NCBI GenBank assembly: GCA_045805065.1
Contig: JBJMMA010000066.1
Location: forward strand, 1 to 17,133
From: Bdellovibrionia bacterium
Lineage (GTDB): Bacteria; Bdellovibrionota; UBA1018
DNA: 17,133 nt
Direction of reading: 5' to 3'
Shown piece by piece: positions 15,893-17,133 of the stretch (position 1 is its first letter; each line of letters begins with the position of its first letter). The notes beneath the pieces are model-generated. The model saw only the letters and a list, made by a program, of their open reading frames with translations, had not been told where the DNA came from and did no database searches. A program made the translations under genes and the position numbers.

Positions 15893-17133
15893 GTGAATTG
15901 GGAAGATTTGAAGTTATCGCCGGAGACGTTGGAGTTCGTTCATAAAGCAGGTTACGCAGAGCCGACACCTGTTCAAGCAGGCGCCATACCTGTTGCCATG
16001 GAAGGAAAGGATGTCATTGCCTCAGCCCAAACGGGCACAGGCAAGACGGCAAGCTTTGTCCTTCCAATGGTGGAAAGGTTTGTGGGCAAGATAGGGACCT
16101 ATGGTTTGATCCTTGCGCCGACCCGTGAAATCGCTCAGCAGATTCAGGCATCGTTTGAACTCTTTGGCGCACCTCGCGGCGTACGCTCCATCGTTCTGAT
16201 TGGCGGCATCGATATGAAAATCGATGAGGCGGCCATCCAGTCCTATCCTCAGGTCATCGTCGCAACACCTGGCCGTCTTTGCGATCACTTGGATCGCGGA
16301 AACATCTGGCTTGAGTTCATTCAGATGGTAGTTTTGGACGAAGCAGACCGCATGCTGGATATGGGCTTTACGGATCAGCTCAATCGGATCATGCAGGATG
16401 TTCCAGCGAACCGTCAGACGCTGCTTTTCTCGGCGACTTTCACCGCGCCAGTGGAAAAGCTTGCGCGCAAGATTCTTCAAGACCCTGTTCGAATTTCGAT
16501 TGGTAAGCCCCAGTCGACAGCTACAAATATCGAACAATCCATTCGCTGGATGAGCGAGAGCGAAAAGAATCGCGAGCTCAGAAAGATTATTCAGGAAGAA
16601 AAAGGAAGCATCATCGTCTTTACGCGCTCAAAACAAGGCGCGACCAACGTCTGGCGCTCTTTGCATAGCAGCGGCGTTTACGATGCGACTTATATTCATT
16701 CGGATCGCCTGCAATCGCATCGCGAGCAGGCCCTGGCCGAATTCAAGGAAGGCAAATATCGGATCCTGATCGCAACGGACGTTGCTGCTCGCGGAATCCA
16801 CGTGGACGCAGTGGCGCATGTCGTGAATTTTGATCTGCCTATTGAGCCGGAAGATTACGTTCATCGTATTGGGCGAACGGGCCGCGCAGGCGCGACAGGT
16901 AAAGCCACCACTTTCGTGACTCCTCGCGATCGCGGAATTCTGAAGCAGATTGAGAAGCTGATTGGCTTCCGGTTGGGAAATGCAGCTCCAGCGGGACAGG
17001 AGAGTGCTCCTGCAGCTCCAGAGTCTCTGGCCGCTCCATCTCAGGGTGTGGCACCTGTTATCACTCCGGTAGCTGCTTTGCCTGTTGCATTGCCTGCCGA
17101 TTTTCTTTTTTTGTTTTTTTATGTAATTTGTGT
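15893..17133 (+). CDS. DEAD-box ATP-dependent RNA helicase, 3'-truncated (absent from the ORF track)
   Basis: Manual translation from GTG 15893 gives the Q motif 'GYAEPTPVQ', 'AQTGTGKT', 'APTRE', 'ATPGRL', 'LDEADRMLDMGF', 'SAT', 'ATDVAARGI' and 'HRIGRTGRAG'. There is no stop before the window end. Confidence 0.95.
   Translation, partial: MNWEDLKLSPETLEFVHKAGYAEPTPVQAGAIPVAMEGKDVIASAQTGTGKTASFVLPMVERFVGKIGTYGLILAPTREIAQQIQASFELFGAPRGVRSIVLIGGIDMKIDEAAIQSYPQVIVATPGRLCDHLDRGNIWLEFIQMVVLDEADRMLDMGFTDQLNRIMQDVPANRQTLLFSATFTAPVEKLARKILQDPVRISIGKPQSTATNIEQSIRWMSESEKNRELRKIIQEEKGSIIVFTRSKQGATNVWRSLHSSGVYDATYIHSDRLQSHREQALAEFKEGKYRILIATDVAARGIHVDAVAHVVNFDLPIEPEDYVHRIGRTGRAGATGKATTFVTPRDRGILKQIEKLIGFRLGNAAPAGQESAPAAPESLAAPSQGVAPVITPVAALPVALPADFLFLFFYVIC
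17101..17133. other. Low-complexity T-rich terminal sequence, probable artefact
   Basis: Abrupt switch to T-runs with a single C. Its reverse complement resembles the 5' end in composition. Confidence 0.6.

Noticed and set aside
16022..17054. Minus-strand ORFs of 171, 78 and 71 aa
   Set aside because: They are antisense shadows of the DEAD-box helicase, which occupies the + strand.
1..17133. CRISPR arrays, tRNA/rRNA genes, transposases, integrases, reverse transcriptases or defence systems
   Set aside because: No spaced direct repeats, cloverleaf structures or relevant protein motifs were seen. Nearly all the sequence is accounted for by the listed genes.

Overview
A roughly 17 kb bacterial chromosomal fragment made mostly of housekeeping and envelope genes. 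The gene content suggests Bdellovibrionota/Oligoflexia or another deltaproteobacteria-like lineage, but this is an inference. In order: a 5'-truncated GT9 heptosyltransferase, Kdo transferase (waaA), 3-aminobutyryl-CoA ammonia-lyase (kal), a degenerate FAD-oxidoreductase-fold protein, a GT4 glycosyltransferase (- strand), purB, a small Flp/Tad-like prepilin, an outer-membrane beta-barrel with a long N-terminal extension, a FadJ-like beta-oxidation enzyme, a LolC/E-type permease, a secreted hypothetical protein, a MATE exporter (- strand), a lipoprotein metzincin protease, and a 3'-truncated DEAD-box helicase that the ORF track missed. The most interesting element lies in the 6853-7198 intergenic region. 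A consensus sigma54 promoter on the - strand, with an IHF-like site and a palindromic enhancer-like site upstream, would start transcription almost exactly at the base of a perfect 19-bp hairpin with a C-rich loop, suggesting an unannotated sigma54-dependent small RNA. Also notable are a bidirectional overlapping -10 promoter between GT4 and purB and several apparently leaderless or short-leader genes. No mobile elements, CRISPR arrays, tRNA or rRNA genes were seen. Both window ends look like sequencing or library artefacts.
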